A stretch of 64,000 nucleotides of DNA from Pristiophorus japonicus (taxonomy: Eukaryota): positions 26,908,001 through 26,972,000 of the forward strand of contig NC_091995.1 in the NCBI RefSeq assembly GCF_044704955.1, in the 5' to 3' direction. Below, one piece after another: positions 46,283 through 58,154 of the stretch (position 1 is the first letter of the stretch; every line of letters starts with the position of its first letter). The position numbers and the translations under genes are program-made. The notes beneath the pieces are model-generated. The model did no database searches. It had not been told where the DNA came from and saw only the letters and a program-made list of their open reading frames with translations.

Positions 46283-49189
46283 ATGCTCTTGCACACTCTC
46301 CACTTTGCCATCCTCGTCTGTCGTCCGGACACGCCATGGCGCACCATCTTGCTGTCCGGAGGAGGCACGGGTCCCCAATGGAGTGGTCTCTACATGGGAG
46401 TCCTCCATTTATTATTGGCGACTTGGCCTGGAGGGTGTTGCACAGAGCAGTCCCATGGAATAAGTTTTTAAGTTGGTTCATGGACTCCTGGGCCACCTGT
46501 AATTTCTGCGGTCTGGAGGAGTCCGTGTTCCATGTGTATGTTGTATGTGTGAGGTTGCAGCCCCTCTTCCATTATTTGAAGGGGCTGCTCCTCAAGTTCT
46601 GGTGGCACTTCAGTCCCACACTCCTGATCTTTGGGCACCCTGTGCAGAGGGGAGCAGGCAGGTTAGAAGGCCTCCTCATAGGACTGCTCCAGGGCATGGC
46701 CAAGGTGGCCATCAGCTGGTCCAGGCAGCAGGCGGTCGAGGGGGTCGTTCAGCCCGAATGCCTGCCGCTTTTCTGCGGTTACATCTGAGCCAGGGTGTCC
46801 CTGGAGATGGAGCACGCGGTGTCCACCGGTACGCTCGCAGCCTTCCGCGAGAGGTGGGCGCCGGAGGGACTGGAGTGCATCATCACCCCCGGCAACTAAA
46901 TTTTAATTTGATTTAAATTTACTGTCAAAGTCTAATTTATTTAAGTTAGTTGGTTTTCGTGACCCCCCTTTAATCAGGGGCACTTGATTTATAGGTTCCA
47001 CCAAAAATAGTTGAAGTAGAGACAAGCTAGCTTTCCAGTAGTTTGCTAAATAGCCAGTTAGTTAAAACCAGCTCTTTGAACAGCTGACCAGTGGGGACTC
47101 ATCTGAGCCACAAGCAGTTTAAAAACTGAGGGCTGGTGCTGTTAGCTCAGAGTGGGAAAACAGAGTTTAGTAAGTGGGGTCAGGAGGTGTTGCATTGCCT
47201 TGTTTTTCCTAACTTTTTCCGCAGGGCGGCAGCATACCTGAGCGGGAGCAGACTGAGGCCCAAGAGTGGGGATAAAAACCACAGCAGACCACAGCATACG
47301 GCCAGTGAGATCTAGATTCGATCGTCTGGTTGGGTTGGAGAGAAATTTTCCCAGATGTTTTCCCCACTTGGCCTGGGTTTTTATCTATTTTTTTTGCCTC
47401 TCCCAGGAGATCGCATGGCTCCGGGTAAGGAGAACTCTGCTGTGTGACATCACAGGTAAGGCAGGTTAGTGATTGCGGGCTAAATTTTTCTTTTAAATTA
47501 ACATATATCATATAACTAAATACTAAAAACTAACATTTATTTGTTTAACTAATTTAAGAAACTATATAGGGTAAATACTTGATTAACACTAAACTAATTA
47601 AATTTAACAATGGGAAAACAGGAGACGTGTTGCTGCTGCAATATGTGGGAGCTTCTGGACTTTTTGGATGGTCACAGTGGAGAGAAATCTAGAATGCTAA
47701 AGAGAAAAGGAAGCAATGCAGGAAAGTCAGTGTGGTAAAGATGACCAGATTATGTCAGGAAGGGACAGAGCATACAAACAAAAGAGTGCACTAACAAATA
47801 GGGTCCAGGTAAGAAAAATAGGGCTAAGGTACAAAATAATGTAAGATGTCTAATAATGTTAAAAAGACCAATCTAAATGCATTGTATCTGAATGCATGAA
47901 GCATCTGTAATAAGGTGGATGAATTAATAGCGCAAATAAATGTAAACGGATATGATATAGTTGCAATTACGGAGACATGGTTGCAGTGTGACCAGGGTTG
48001 AGAACGGAATATCCAAGGATATTCGATATTTAGGAAGGACAGGCAAAAAGGAAGAGGGGGTGACGTGGCGTTGTTAGTAAAGGATGAAATCAGAGCAATA
48101 GTGAGAAAGGATATTGGCTCAGAAAATCAAGACGTAGAATCAGTCTGGGTGGAGCTAAGGAGCACCAAGGGGCAGAAAACATTGATGGGAGTTGTCTATA
48201 GGCCTCCAAACAGTAGTGGTAGTGTAAGGGATGGCATCAAACAGGAAATTAGAGTGCATGTAAGAAGGATACTACAGTAATCGTAGGTGACTTTAATCTA
48301 CATATAGACTGGCCAAATCAAATGAGTAATAATACTGTGGCAGATGAATTCCTGGAGTGTGTACGAGATGTTTTTTTTAGACCAGTATGTTGAGGAGCCT
48401 ACAAGGGAACAGGCTATCCTAGATTAGGTATTGTGTAATGAGAGGGGTTAATTAACAGTCTTGTTGTGCGGGGTCCTTTAGGGAAGAGTGACCATAACAT
48501 GATTGAATTCTTTATTAAGATGGAAAGTGAAGTAGTCCAATCTGAAACTAGGGTGCTAAGTCTAAACAAAGGAAACTATGAAGGTATGAGGAATGAATTG
48601 GCTATGATAGATTGAGAAGATGTATTAAAAGGCACGATGGTCGATAGGCAATGGCTAACATTTAAGGAACGAATGCATGAATTGCAACAGTTATACATTG
48701 CTTTCTGGCATAAAAACACAAAAGGAATAGTGGCCCAACCATGGCTAACAAAATAAATTAAGGATAGTATTAGATTCAAAGAGGAGTTATACTTTTTCTG
48801 GCAACTTTGTATCAAAAGCCTGCGGATTGGGAGCAGTTTAGAATTCAGCAAAAAAGGACCAAGAGATTGATTGATAGAGGAAAAATAGATTATGAGAGTA
48901 AACGTGCAAGGAACATAAATACCGACTGCAAAAATTTCTACAAGTACATAAAAAGAAAAAGATTAGTGAAGACAAATGTAGGTCCTTTACAGACAGAAAT
49001 GGGAGAACAATTGAAGAGGACACAAATAATGTCCCAGAAATGCTAGGGAACCAAGGGTCTAGTGAACAAGAGGAATTAAAGGAAATGATTTTTACTAAGA
49101 AAATAGTGCTGGAGAAACTAATGGGGCTGAAGGCCGATAAATACCAAGGATAAATATCTGCATCCCAGAATACAAAGAGGTAACCATGG

Positions 49190-49627
49190 AAATGTGTTTG
49201 CAGCTCACAGACTGGTGGCCATTTGCAGTGTGTCATTTGGTAACTTTGCACTTGAATCGTAAGTCAAGAGAGTGTACAGTTTCAAGCGCCAGGAGAGACG
49301 AGGCCCATGGCAGCCTCTGAGATGGCACCCTGTTGCATGGGCCAGCCCACACTGCGATATGTGTGTACGCTCGGTCCATGCAGCAGAGCTGGTCTCCAGT
49401 CATCTTGGGTCATCCTTGCCACTGGATCAAGACCTAGCTCTGTCAAGCCCGTGTGGGTGGCTGGTGTGCAACGGCTACCACACGTTAAAAAAAAAAATCC
49501 ACGCACAGGCATCTTCCATCCTTCAGGATCTGGAATATTAGGCCCTTCATTGAAACACCTGTGAACCCATCCCTTTTTGGCATGAAAGCAAGTCATCCTC
49601 GCTTCAAGGGACTGCCTATGATGATGA
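49190..49627 (+). mobile_element. RTE-tailed SINE-like element
   Basis: Tail CAAGTCATCCTCG..GGGACTGCCTATGATGATG matches the RTE 3' end; interrupts CR1 ORF2. Confidence 0.7.
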
Positions 49628-50587
49628 AATGCATTGCTTGTCATCTTCCAAAATTCTATAGATTATGGAACAGTTTCTGCAGATTGGAGGGTGGCAAATG
49701 TAACCCCACTATTTAAAAAAGGAGGGAGAGAGAAAATGGGGAACTACAGATCGGTTAGCCTAACATCAGTAGTAGGGATAATGCTAGAGTCTATTATAAA
49801 GGATGTGATAATAGCACACTTAAATAATAACGAGATTAGACAAAGTCAACATCGATTTATGAAAGGAAAATCAAGTTTGACAAACCTACTGGAATTTTTT
49901 GAGGATGTGACTGATAGAATAGATAAGGGAGAACCAGTGGATGTAGTGTGTTTGGATCTTCAGAAGGCCTTTGATAAAGTCCCACATGAGAGGTTAGTGT
50001 GCAAAATTAAAGCACATAGGATGGGGGTAATGTACTTGCATGTATTGAAAATTGGTTAACTGACAGGAAACAGAGAGTAGCAATAAACGGGTCTTTTTCG
50101 GGGTGGTGGGCAGTGACTAGAGGGGTACCACAGGGATCAGTGCTTGCCGGGAACCAAATGTAATATTTCCAAGTTTGCTGATGACACAAAACTAGGTGGG
50201 ATTGTGAGTTGTGAGGAGGATGCAAAGACGCTGCAAGGCGATTTTAGATGAGTGGGCAAACACATGGCAGATGCAGTATAATGCAGGATAAATGTGAAGT
50301 TATCCACATTGGTAGGAAAAACATAAAGGCAAAGTATTATTTAAATGGTGATGGCTTGGGAAGTGACGATGTACAGAGGGACCTGGGTGTCCTTGTACAC
50401 TGGTCATTGAAAGCAAACATGCAGGTGCAACAAGCAGTTAGGAAGGCAAATGGTATGTTGGCCTTCATTGCAAGAGGATTTGAGTACAGGAGCAGGGATG
50501 TCTTGCTGCGGTTGTACAAGGCCTTGGTGAGACCGCACCTGGAGTATTGTGTGCAGTTTTGGTCTCCTTACCTAAAGAAAGGATATA

Positions 50588-51991
50588 CCGTATATACTCG
50601 CGTATCATGCGACTTTTGAAGACCTAAATTGTAACCTAAATTTGGGGGGGTCGCATGATACGCGAGATACAAAATTTGCGGGTGTGAAGTGCTGGCCAAG
50701 ATTAGGCTGTTAGGCTGTTAAGCAGACCGTATCCACGCTGAATCTCGGCATGCTCCAACAATCCTCTATGTAAAGACATTTCTCTTGGTTTCTCCTCTCA
50801 CTCTCCATGATGGTTGTAAATCGAATATCCCTGGTTGATATTAGTTCCTCGATACTCATGACCAAATCATTAGTTTATGTGGAAAACAAGCCAAGTTCCT
50901 GCAGCACACCACTAACTACATCCTCCCAATGCAAAAAAAAATCCATTTGACTCCTGCTGAAATTCTTCTCTTCAGGGGGAGAGAGAGTCGCGGAGGTCGG
51001 GGGGGGGAGAGAGAGTCGCGGAGGTCGGGGGGGGAGAGAGAGTCGCGGAGGTCGGGGGGGGGAGAGAGAGTCGCGGAGGGCGGGGGGGGAGAGAGAGTCG
51101 CGGAGGTCGGGGGGGGAGAGAGAGTCGCGGAGGTCGGGGGGGGAGAGAGAGTCGCGGAGGTCGGGGGGGAGAGAGAGTCGCGGAGGTCGGGGGGGGGAGA
51201 GAGAGTCGCGGAGGTCGGGGGGAGAGAGAGTCGCGGAGGGCGGGGGGGGAGAGAGAGTCGCGGAGGTCGGGGGGGAGAGAGAGAGTCGCGGAGGTCGGGG
51301 GGGGGAGAGAGAGTCGCGGAGGTCGGGGGGGGAGAGAGAGTCGCGGAGGTCGGGGGGGAGAGTCGCGGAGGTCGGGGGGGGAGAGAGAGTCGCGGAGGTC
51401 GGGGGGGGAGAGAGAGTCGCGGAGGTCGGGGGGGGAGAGAGAGTCGCGGAGGTCGGGGGGGAGAGAGAGTCGCGGAGGTCGGGGGGGGGGAGAGAGAGTC
51501 GCGGAGGTCGGGGGGGAGAGAGAGTCGCGGAGGTCGGGGGGGAGAGAGAGAGTCGCGGAGGTCGGGGGGGGAGAGAGAGTCGCGGAGGTCGGGGGGGTAG
51601 AGAGTCGCGGAGGTCGGGGGGGGAGAGAGAGTCGCGGAGGTCGGGGGGGGAGAGAGAGTCGCGGAGGTCGGGGGGGGAGAGTACGGAGAGAGAGCACGGA
51701 GAGAGAGTACGGGGAGAGAGTACGGAGAGAGAGCATGGAGAGAGAGCATGGAGAGAGAGTACGGGGAGAGAATATGGAGAGAGAGCACGGAGAGAGAGTA
51801 CGGAGAGAGAGCACGGAGAGAGAGCACTGAGAGAGAGCAGAATCCACTCGATGTTTCATGTTAAGGTCTGTATTCGATCTCAAAAAAGTGACTCGCATGA
51901 TACATGAGATAGATGGTAAAATCATGTTTTGGGGACGAAAATTTAGGGGTCGCATGATACGCGAGATCGCAGGATACGCGAGTATATACGG
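50588..51991 (+). mobile_element. Tc1/mariner (Tc2/pogo-type) non-autonomous element
   Basis: Perfect TIR CCGTATATACTCGCGTATC / GATACGCGAGTATATACGG; TA TSD at 50586-50587 and 51992-51993; subterminal GTCGCATGATACGCGAGAT repeats. Confidence 0.88.
50975..51838 (+). repeat. About 27-bp G-rich minisatellite (GAGAGAGAGTCGCGGAGGTCGGGGGGG) followed by (GAGAGAG(C/T)ACG)n
   Basis: Directly visible, about 25 units. Confidence 0.95.
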
Positions 51992-53276
51992 TACTTGCCA
52001 TAGAGGGAGTGCAGTGAACGTTCAGCAGACTGATTTCTGGGATGGCAGGACTATCGTATGAGGAGAGATTGGGTCGACTGGGCCTGTATTCACTAGAGTT
52101 TAGAAGAATGAGAGGGGATCTCATTGAAATGTATAAAATTTGAACTGGGTTGGACAGACTGGATGCGGGGAGGATGTTTCTTCTGGCTGGGATGTCTAGA
52201 ACAAGGGGTCACAGTCTCAGGATAGAGGGTAGGAAATTTAGGACAAAGATGAGGAGAATTTTTTTCACTCAGAAGGTGTTGAATCTGGAATTCTCCACCA
52301 CAGAAGGCTGTGGAGGCCAAGTCACTGAATATATTTAAGAGGGAGATAGATAGATTTCTAGACATAAAAGACATCAAGGTGTATGGGGGGAAAAAGCAGG
52401 AAAATGATGTTGAGATAGAGAATCAACCAAGATCATATTGAATAGCGGTGCAGACTTGAAGGGCCGAATGGCACACTAGTGCTCCTATTTTCTATGTTTC
52501 TGCAGCAGCCAGAAGGGCACAGCTGGCTACTGGGAGACAAAGGGTACGGCCTCGCCACCTGGCTCATGATGCCCCTACGCGTAACCCGGATGGAATCTGA
52601 CCGCGAATACAACATGTCGCACATTGAGACACGCAGCATCATAGAGAGGACCATTGGCATTTTGAAACAGCGTTCCGATGACTGGACCATTCCGGAGGCT
52701 ACTTGCAATACTCCCCTGAGATTGTCGGTCAGTTCACTGTTGTGTGCTGCATGGTGCATAACTTAGTCATCATGAGGCAGCAGCAGCTGGTAGTGGAAGA
52801 AGACCCACCTGCGGTGAGAGTGGCTGATGATAATTATGTGGAAGATGCAGCGGAGGAGACGGAGGAGATGGAGGAGGGCGGGCCATCGTGCTCCTTTAAT
52901 GATTGCTCGAGCCTTGTGCCAGCAGCTCATCCGTGAATGCTTTACTGATGCCCGAGGGCTCAGCGACAACTATTCCACATGGACATGTTGATTTTTTTGG
53001 AGCTGTTCCGTAATGTTGTGTTGTGTTAATGGAACATGATTCCGTTTTGAAGTAAAATATATTTTATTCAAAAGTTTACAATGTACTTAACTTTGCTGTA
53101 ATAAAATTATTCTTGTATCAAACTTTACTTTAATATGACTCTTTAAGATCACTTAAACTTTAAGATCACTTAGAGTAAATTTACATAACTTACAAAAAAC
53201 TTTTAATGTGAGAACATTTACAACAGTAACAATAACAGCAGCAAAGAAAGGCTGCACCCATCTCTCATCCCCCTTA

Positions 53277-54862
53277 GTCTAATATTGCCCACTGCGCTTG
53301 GTCTCGGACTCTCCTCCACCCCTGCCCGCAGTCGGTGGCGCAGTGATTTTGGGCTTGGTACCAAGCTTATTCCTTCTAACATCTCTGGTAATGCGCACTT
53401 TGTCATTTGGGGGGTGGGGTGGGGGTGGGGTCAGGTGGTATTGTGGAAGGTGCAGTTTGGGCCTCTTCAGAGGCTGATGTGGGGATTAGAGTGGGAGTGA
53501 CAGTTGATTCTATCAATGGGCGCGTGGTCTGGGTGTGTTCCCTTTATTGCAGCAGCTATCTCCAACATGCTGTCCCTCATGCGCCCTGACAGTGTTTCAA
53601 TACCCAGCAACATTCCTTCCCTCATGGTCAGTGACGTGGTTTGCACTACCTCTGACATTCCCTCCCTCATGGCCACTATTCCCTCACTGATTGTCCTGGA
53701 TATCATTCCCATTTCTCGTGTCATTGCTGTTGCTTCTCCCGACAGTCCCACTACCTTATCACTCACTCCAATGATGGCATCCAGGAATGATCAGGTAAGG
53801 TCAAATAACATCATCTGAACCACATCTGTTAGATCCTGCAGCTCAGAAGACCACGGTTGAAGGTGAGGCCCTGGAAGTGCCTCGCTGCACCATACCACTG
53901 GGACCCGCAGTTTCGGAAGTGGGGCCCTGGGTGTGCCTCGCTGCACCCCCACCATTGGGACCCGCAACCTCAGAAGGTGTGAAACCAGGGAATATCCCAC
54001 CAATACTCAAACCACTAGTCATGTAAGGGGCTTTCACCTCCATGAGCGGCACCTCCTCCAAAGTCAGTACAACAGTGAGCGCTTCATTCAGCTCCAACCC
54101 TCCCCCCTCACCCCCATGTTCTTGGTCTGGAGGGTTGGATTGGAAGATGTTCTCCTCGTCAGGCTCATCCTCATCTGAATCTTCTTCTGCATTGTCTGGG
54201 TTAGCCTCAAGTTCTGCAAAATATAACAGAACAGACAAATGGTTAGCAGTAGAGGAGGGGGCAGGGTGGGTGGCATGAGTAGACTCACACATTGCAGGCC
54301 AGGCAGCAGGCTGATTTGAAGGACCATGGTGAATTTGCAGGCCTTACCCTCTCCCTCGAGTGTAGGCTCAGCTTGTGCAATGGTGATTGCTTTTCTCCAG
54401 GCAGGACCCTTCAAAGCAGTGACTCTCTCTTCCAAGGGTGTCAGTGGGTGCAGATTTGTCGGGCCTCCTCCTGTTTGAGTACTTTCCCTTTTATTTTGTG
54501 CCACCTTCCTCTGCAAAGATGAAAATGCAACTTTTTAGAGAGGGTGTCTTTCTGCTGGGTGGGACATATACATTTGGTCACATTTACAATTGCAATTCCA
54601 TTAAATAAATGAAAATATTACTTACACTAACTACTTGACCAAGGTCCTGCCATTTCCATTTACACTGACCTCCAGATCTCGTGGTGGGCACCATTGCACA
54701 ATAATCTTCTGCAACTTGGTTCCAGCGTTTCTTCATTTCTTTGGGTGGAACTTTTATGTGACCTCTGCTCGTGTCCAGCTCCTGCCATCTGTTCTCAATC
54801 ACAGTAACTAGTGTCTTCACTTCTTCCTGTAAGAAATTCTTGGTCCTTGCACTGCATTGCAT
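53277..54862 (-). pseudogene. Harbinger Myb/SANT DNA-binding protein gene, spliced (exons about 54626-54862, 54348-54510 and up to 54213)
   Basis: NF..EEV..LV, KKRWNQVA, RSGGQCK.KWQDL, then TGGG; canonical GT-AG junctions; last exon appears degenerate and its end is approximate. Confidence 0.8.
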
Positions 54863-56253
54863 CTTGTATTGCTCCAGCTGCGATTTTTCCCAATGCTCTC
54901 ACAGACACAACTGACAACTGGCTCTTTAAAAATGGCTGATTGCCAAATCCGAGCTATACTGAGCATGGGTATCCATTGGAACTACGTCAAAATAGTAACT
55001 GTTTTTCCCCCGCGCATGCGCAGAATGTGCGGCTTTGTTTTTCGGCGCAGACAGCAGGCTCCACCACTCCCCCCCACCCCGCCCCCAAGGTGACTGGTCA
55101 TGCTGCGCGGCGTCAAATTCGAATTATACATCGGGGAAACTTTGGCAAAATATTTCTGGCCTAGAAAAGTGGGTGTAACTCTGGCAATCCGCCAGAAAAC
55201 GGGTTTGGGGACAATTGAGCTCTATGTCCCCTAGTTTTAGTTTCCCCTATGAGTGAAATATCCTCTCTGCATCCACCTTGTCAAGCCCCCTCATTATCTG
55301 ATAAGTTTAAAATAAGGTCACCTCTCATTCTTCTGAACTACAATATGTATAGGCCCAACCTATTCAACCTATCCTCATAAGTCAACCCTGTCATCTCTGC
55401 AATGAACCTAGTGAATCTTCTCTGAACAGCCTCCAATGCACATATATCCTTCTTTAAATATGGAGACCAAAACTGCATGCAATACTCCAGGTGTGGCCTC
55501 ACCAATACCTGTACAGGTGTAGCAGGACTTCTCTGCTTTTATACTCTATCCCCCTTTCAATAAAGGCCAACATTCCATTTGCCTTCCTGATTACTTGCTG
55601 TACCTGCATGCTAACTTTTTGTGTTTCATGCACAAGTCTCTCTATACTGCAGCACTTTGCAATTTTTCTCCATTTAAATTATAATTTGCTGTTCTATTAT
55701 TCCTGTCCAAGTGGATAACCTCATATTTTCCCAAATTATACTCTATCTGCCAAATTTTTGTCCACTCACTTAGCCAGTCTATATCCCTTTGCAGATTTTT
55801 TGTGTCTTCCTCACAATTTGCTTTCCCACCCATCTTTGTATCATCAGTAAACTTGGCTACATTACACTTGGTCCCTTCGTCCAAGTCATTAATATAGATT
55901 GTAAATAGTTGAGGACCCAGCACTGATCCCTGCGGCACCCCACTCATCACTGTTTGCCAAACGGAAAATGACGCATTTATCCCAACTCTCTGTTTTCTGT
56001 TAGTTAGCCAATCCTCTATCCATGCTAATATATTACACCCATCCCGGTGAGCTTTTATCTTGTGCAGTAACCTTTTATGTGGCACCTTATCAAATGCCTT
56101 CTGGAAATCTAAAAACACTACATCCACTGGTTCCCTTTATCCACCCTGCTTGTTACATCCTCAAAGAACTCCAGCAAATTTGTCAAACATGATTTTCCTT
56201 TCATAAAAACATGCTGACTCTAATATAATTAGCAATAAAATTGTATAACTTAA

Positions 56254-58144
56254 CGAAGTAACTATATGTACTGTACTTTTTTAACAGACAGTCATCCGTC
56301 CCTGCTACCCCCCTTCCCCTGCCCCTGCCCCTGCCCGTACTGCACATTTTTTTGACTGACAGGCAACAAGCCCCGTTTGCTGTCAAGCTCCGCACCTCCC
56401 TTCCGGCCCTGAATCATTCCCCCCACGTGGTGCCGAGAAGCAGGACCTGAGGCCCGTTATTTGGCTGAAGCCCCGACTCTCTCCGACTTTCCACCGCCGA
56501 CTCTCTTCCTCCCCCTCCAGGACTCGCATGGCCCCGACTCGCTCCCTCACTCCCTCACCGATAGCGGCGGTCCTGGGCCCGATTGAGAGAGTCTGGGGAG
56601 AGGGGAGGAGGAGTGTGGAGAGAGAGAGAGAGAGAGAGAGGCTGGAGGGAGAGAGGCGGGGGGGGCAGAGAGAGAGGCTGGGGGGGCAGAGAGAGGAGCT
56701 GGGGGCAGAGAGAGGGGCTGGGGGGGCAGAGAGAGGGGCTGGGGGGGCAGAGAGAGGGTCTGGGGGGGCAGAGAGAGGGGCTGGGGGGCAGAGAGAGAGG
56801 CTGGGGGGGGCAGAGAGAGAGGCTGGGAGGGCAGAGAGAGAGAGAGGCTGGGGGAGCAGAGAGAAAGAGACTGGGGGGGGGCGGCAGAGAGAGAGGCTGG
56901 GGGGGGCAGAGAGAGAGGCTGGGGGGGGGGGGGCAGAGGGAGAGGCTGGGGGGGGGGGCAGAGGGAGAGGCTGGGGATGGGCAGAGAGAGAGTCTGAGGG
57001 TGCAGAGAGAGCGTCTGAGGGGGCAGAGAGAGTCTGAGGGGGCAGAGAGAGAGGCTGGGGGGGCAGAGAGAGAGGTTGGAGGGGCAGAGAGAGAGGCTGG
57101 GGGGGCAGAGAGAGAGGCTGGGGGGCAGAGAGAGAGGATGGGGGGCAGAGAGAGAGGCTGGCAGGGAAGAGAGAGGCTGGGGGGGAAGAGAGAGGCTGGG
57201 GGGGGAAGAGAGAGGCTGGGTGGGGGAAGAGAGAGGCTGGGGGAGGAGAGAGAGGCTGGCGGGGGGGGGGGGAGAGAGAGACTGGCGGGGGTTGGGAGAG
57301 GCTGGGGGGGAAGGGGGAAGAGAGGCTGGGGGGGAAAGAGAGGCTGGAGGGGGGGAGAGAGGCTGGGGGGGGGGAAGAGAGGGTGGAGGGGAAGAGAGAG
57401 GCTGGGGGAGGAGAGAGAGGCTGGCGGGGGGGGGGTGGAGAGAGAGACTGGCGGGGGTGGGGGAGAGAGGCTGGGGGGGAGGGGAGAGAGAGGCTCGGGG
57501 GGAGAGAGAGACTGAGGAGGGGAGAGAGAGGCTGGGGGGGGTGCTGTGGGTGCGGAGGGGGGCGAGGCTTAAGACACGGATGTGGAGGGGAGCAGAGACA
57601 TGGGTGGGGGCGAAGACGGAACACATTCTTCCAACCCCCTACAAGGGACAGCGTTGGAGTGCATGATATCCAAAAGTCCCGACTGTCACTATTCACTTCA
57701 TATCTAATAAAGCTGTAAACAATCTGTACACAATGCCTGCCCCATCTATGGTGGGGAGGGGGGAGGGGGGGAGGCATGAACGTGGACTTGGGTAAGGCAC
57801 TTTGGCTGGGGGAGGCATGCACTTGCGCTGGGGTACGGCACTTCGACTGGGGGAGGGATGTAGTTATACTGTGATCGGACACTTTGGCTGGGGAGGGATG
57901 AACTTGGACTGGGGTAAGGCACTTTTGCTGGCCCTTGCTGTCTTCTGCGAAGCTCTGTCCTCTGTTGCTTCAGGAAGTCAAAGTGGATCGAGGTACAATT
58001 TTCAAAGTCAGGGAGAGCTTGGGATGGGTGGTTCCATTTACACATTCCAGTGAAACTTCAGGGTGTAGCTTATCACCAAGGGGACCAATCATAGACAACG
58101 GGTGGAGCATGGTAGCCATTTTCACAGTACAAATAAGCATGTCC
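56254..58144 (-). mobile_element. Second copy of the 9-bp-TSD non-autonomous element (inverted relative to 25220-27088)
   Basis: ATAACTTAA at 56245-56253 and 58145-58153; empty site in the paralog at about 29250-29262; internal G/A-rich tandem repeat 56590-57545. Confidence 0.75.
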
Positions 58145-58154
58145 ATAACTTAAG

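Larger units (their letters stand above)
43655..47011 (+). mobile_element. 5'-truncated Tx1 of a related subfamily (43655-43822 plus 46283-47011), split by an RTE
   Basis: Homologous to the ORF2 C-terminus of copies 1 and 2; TSD TGAAGTAGAGACAA at 43641-43654 and 47012-47025; terminus AAAAATAGT. Confidence 0.88.
43501..52500 (+). mobile_element. Degenerate near-full-length CR1 inserted in the Harbinger transposase, itself carrying nested inserts
   Basis: 5' repeat CTCAGAGTGGGAAAACAGAG (43504, 47146); ORF2 fragments 47860-52400 ([29 protein letters not shown]); ends TTTCTATGTTTC; ATGTTTC at both junctions. Confidence 0.82.
42917..52950 (+). pseudogene. Harbinger DDE transposase (HARBI1-like), pieces 36670-36734, 42917-43500 and 52501-52950
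   Basis: ALSFYASGSFQ, GFP...[41 protein letters not shown]; stops and frameshifts present. Confidence 0.88.
35802..55222 (+). mobile_element. PIF/Harbinger DNA transposon, about 4.2 kb net, expanded to 19.4 kb by nested insertions
   Basis: TIRs GGGCTCGATTTTCCCCA / TGGGGACAATTGAGCTC; 3-bp TSD TAT (35799-35801, 55223-55225); convergent transposase and Myb/SANT genes. Confidence 0.9.
35540..56218 (-). mobile_element. CR1 fragment (35540-35798 plus 55226-56218) split by the Harbinger element
   Basis: 3'UTR at 35550-35790; RT ORF 55642..56127 (LDFQKAFDKVPH, GVPQGSVLGP, FTDD); the sequence is continuous across the TAT duplication. Confidence 0.8.
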
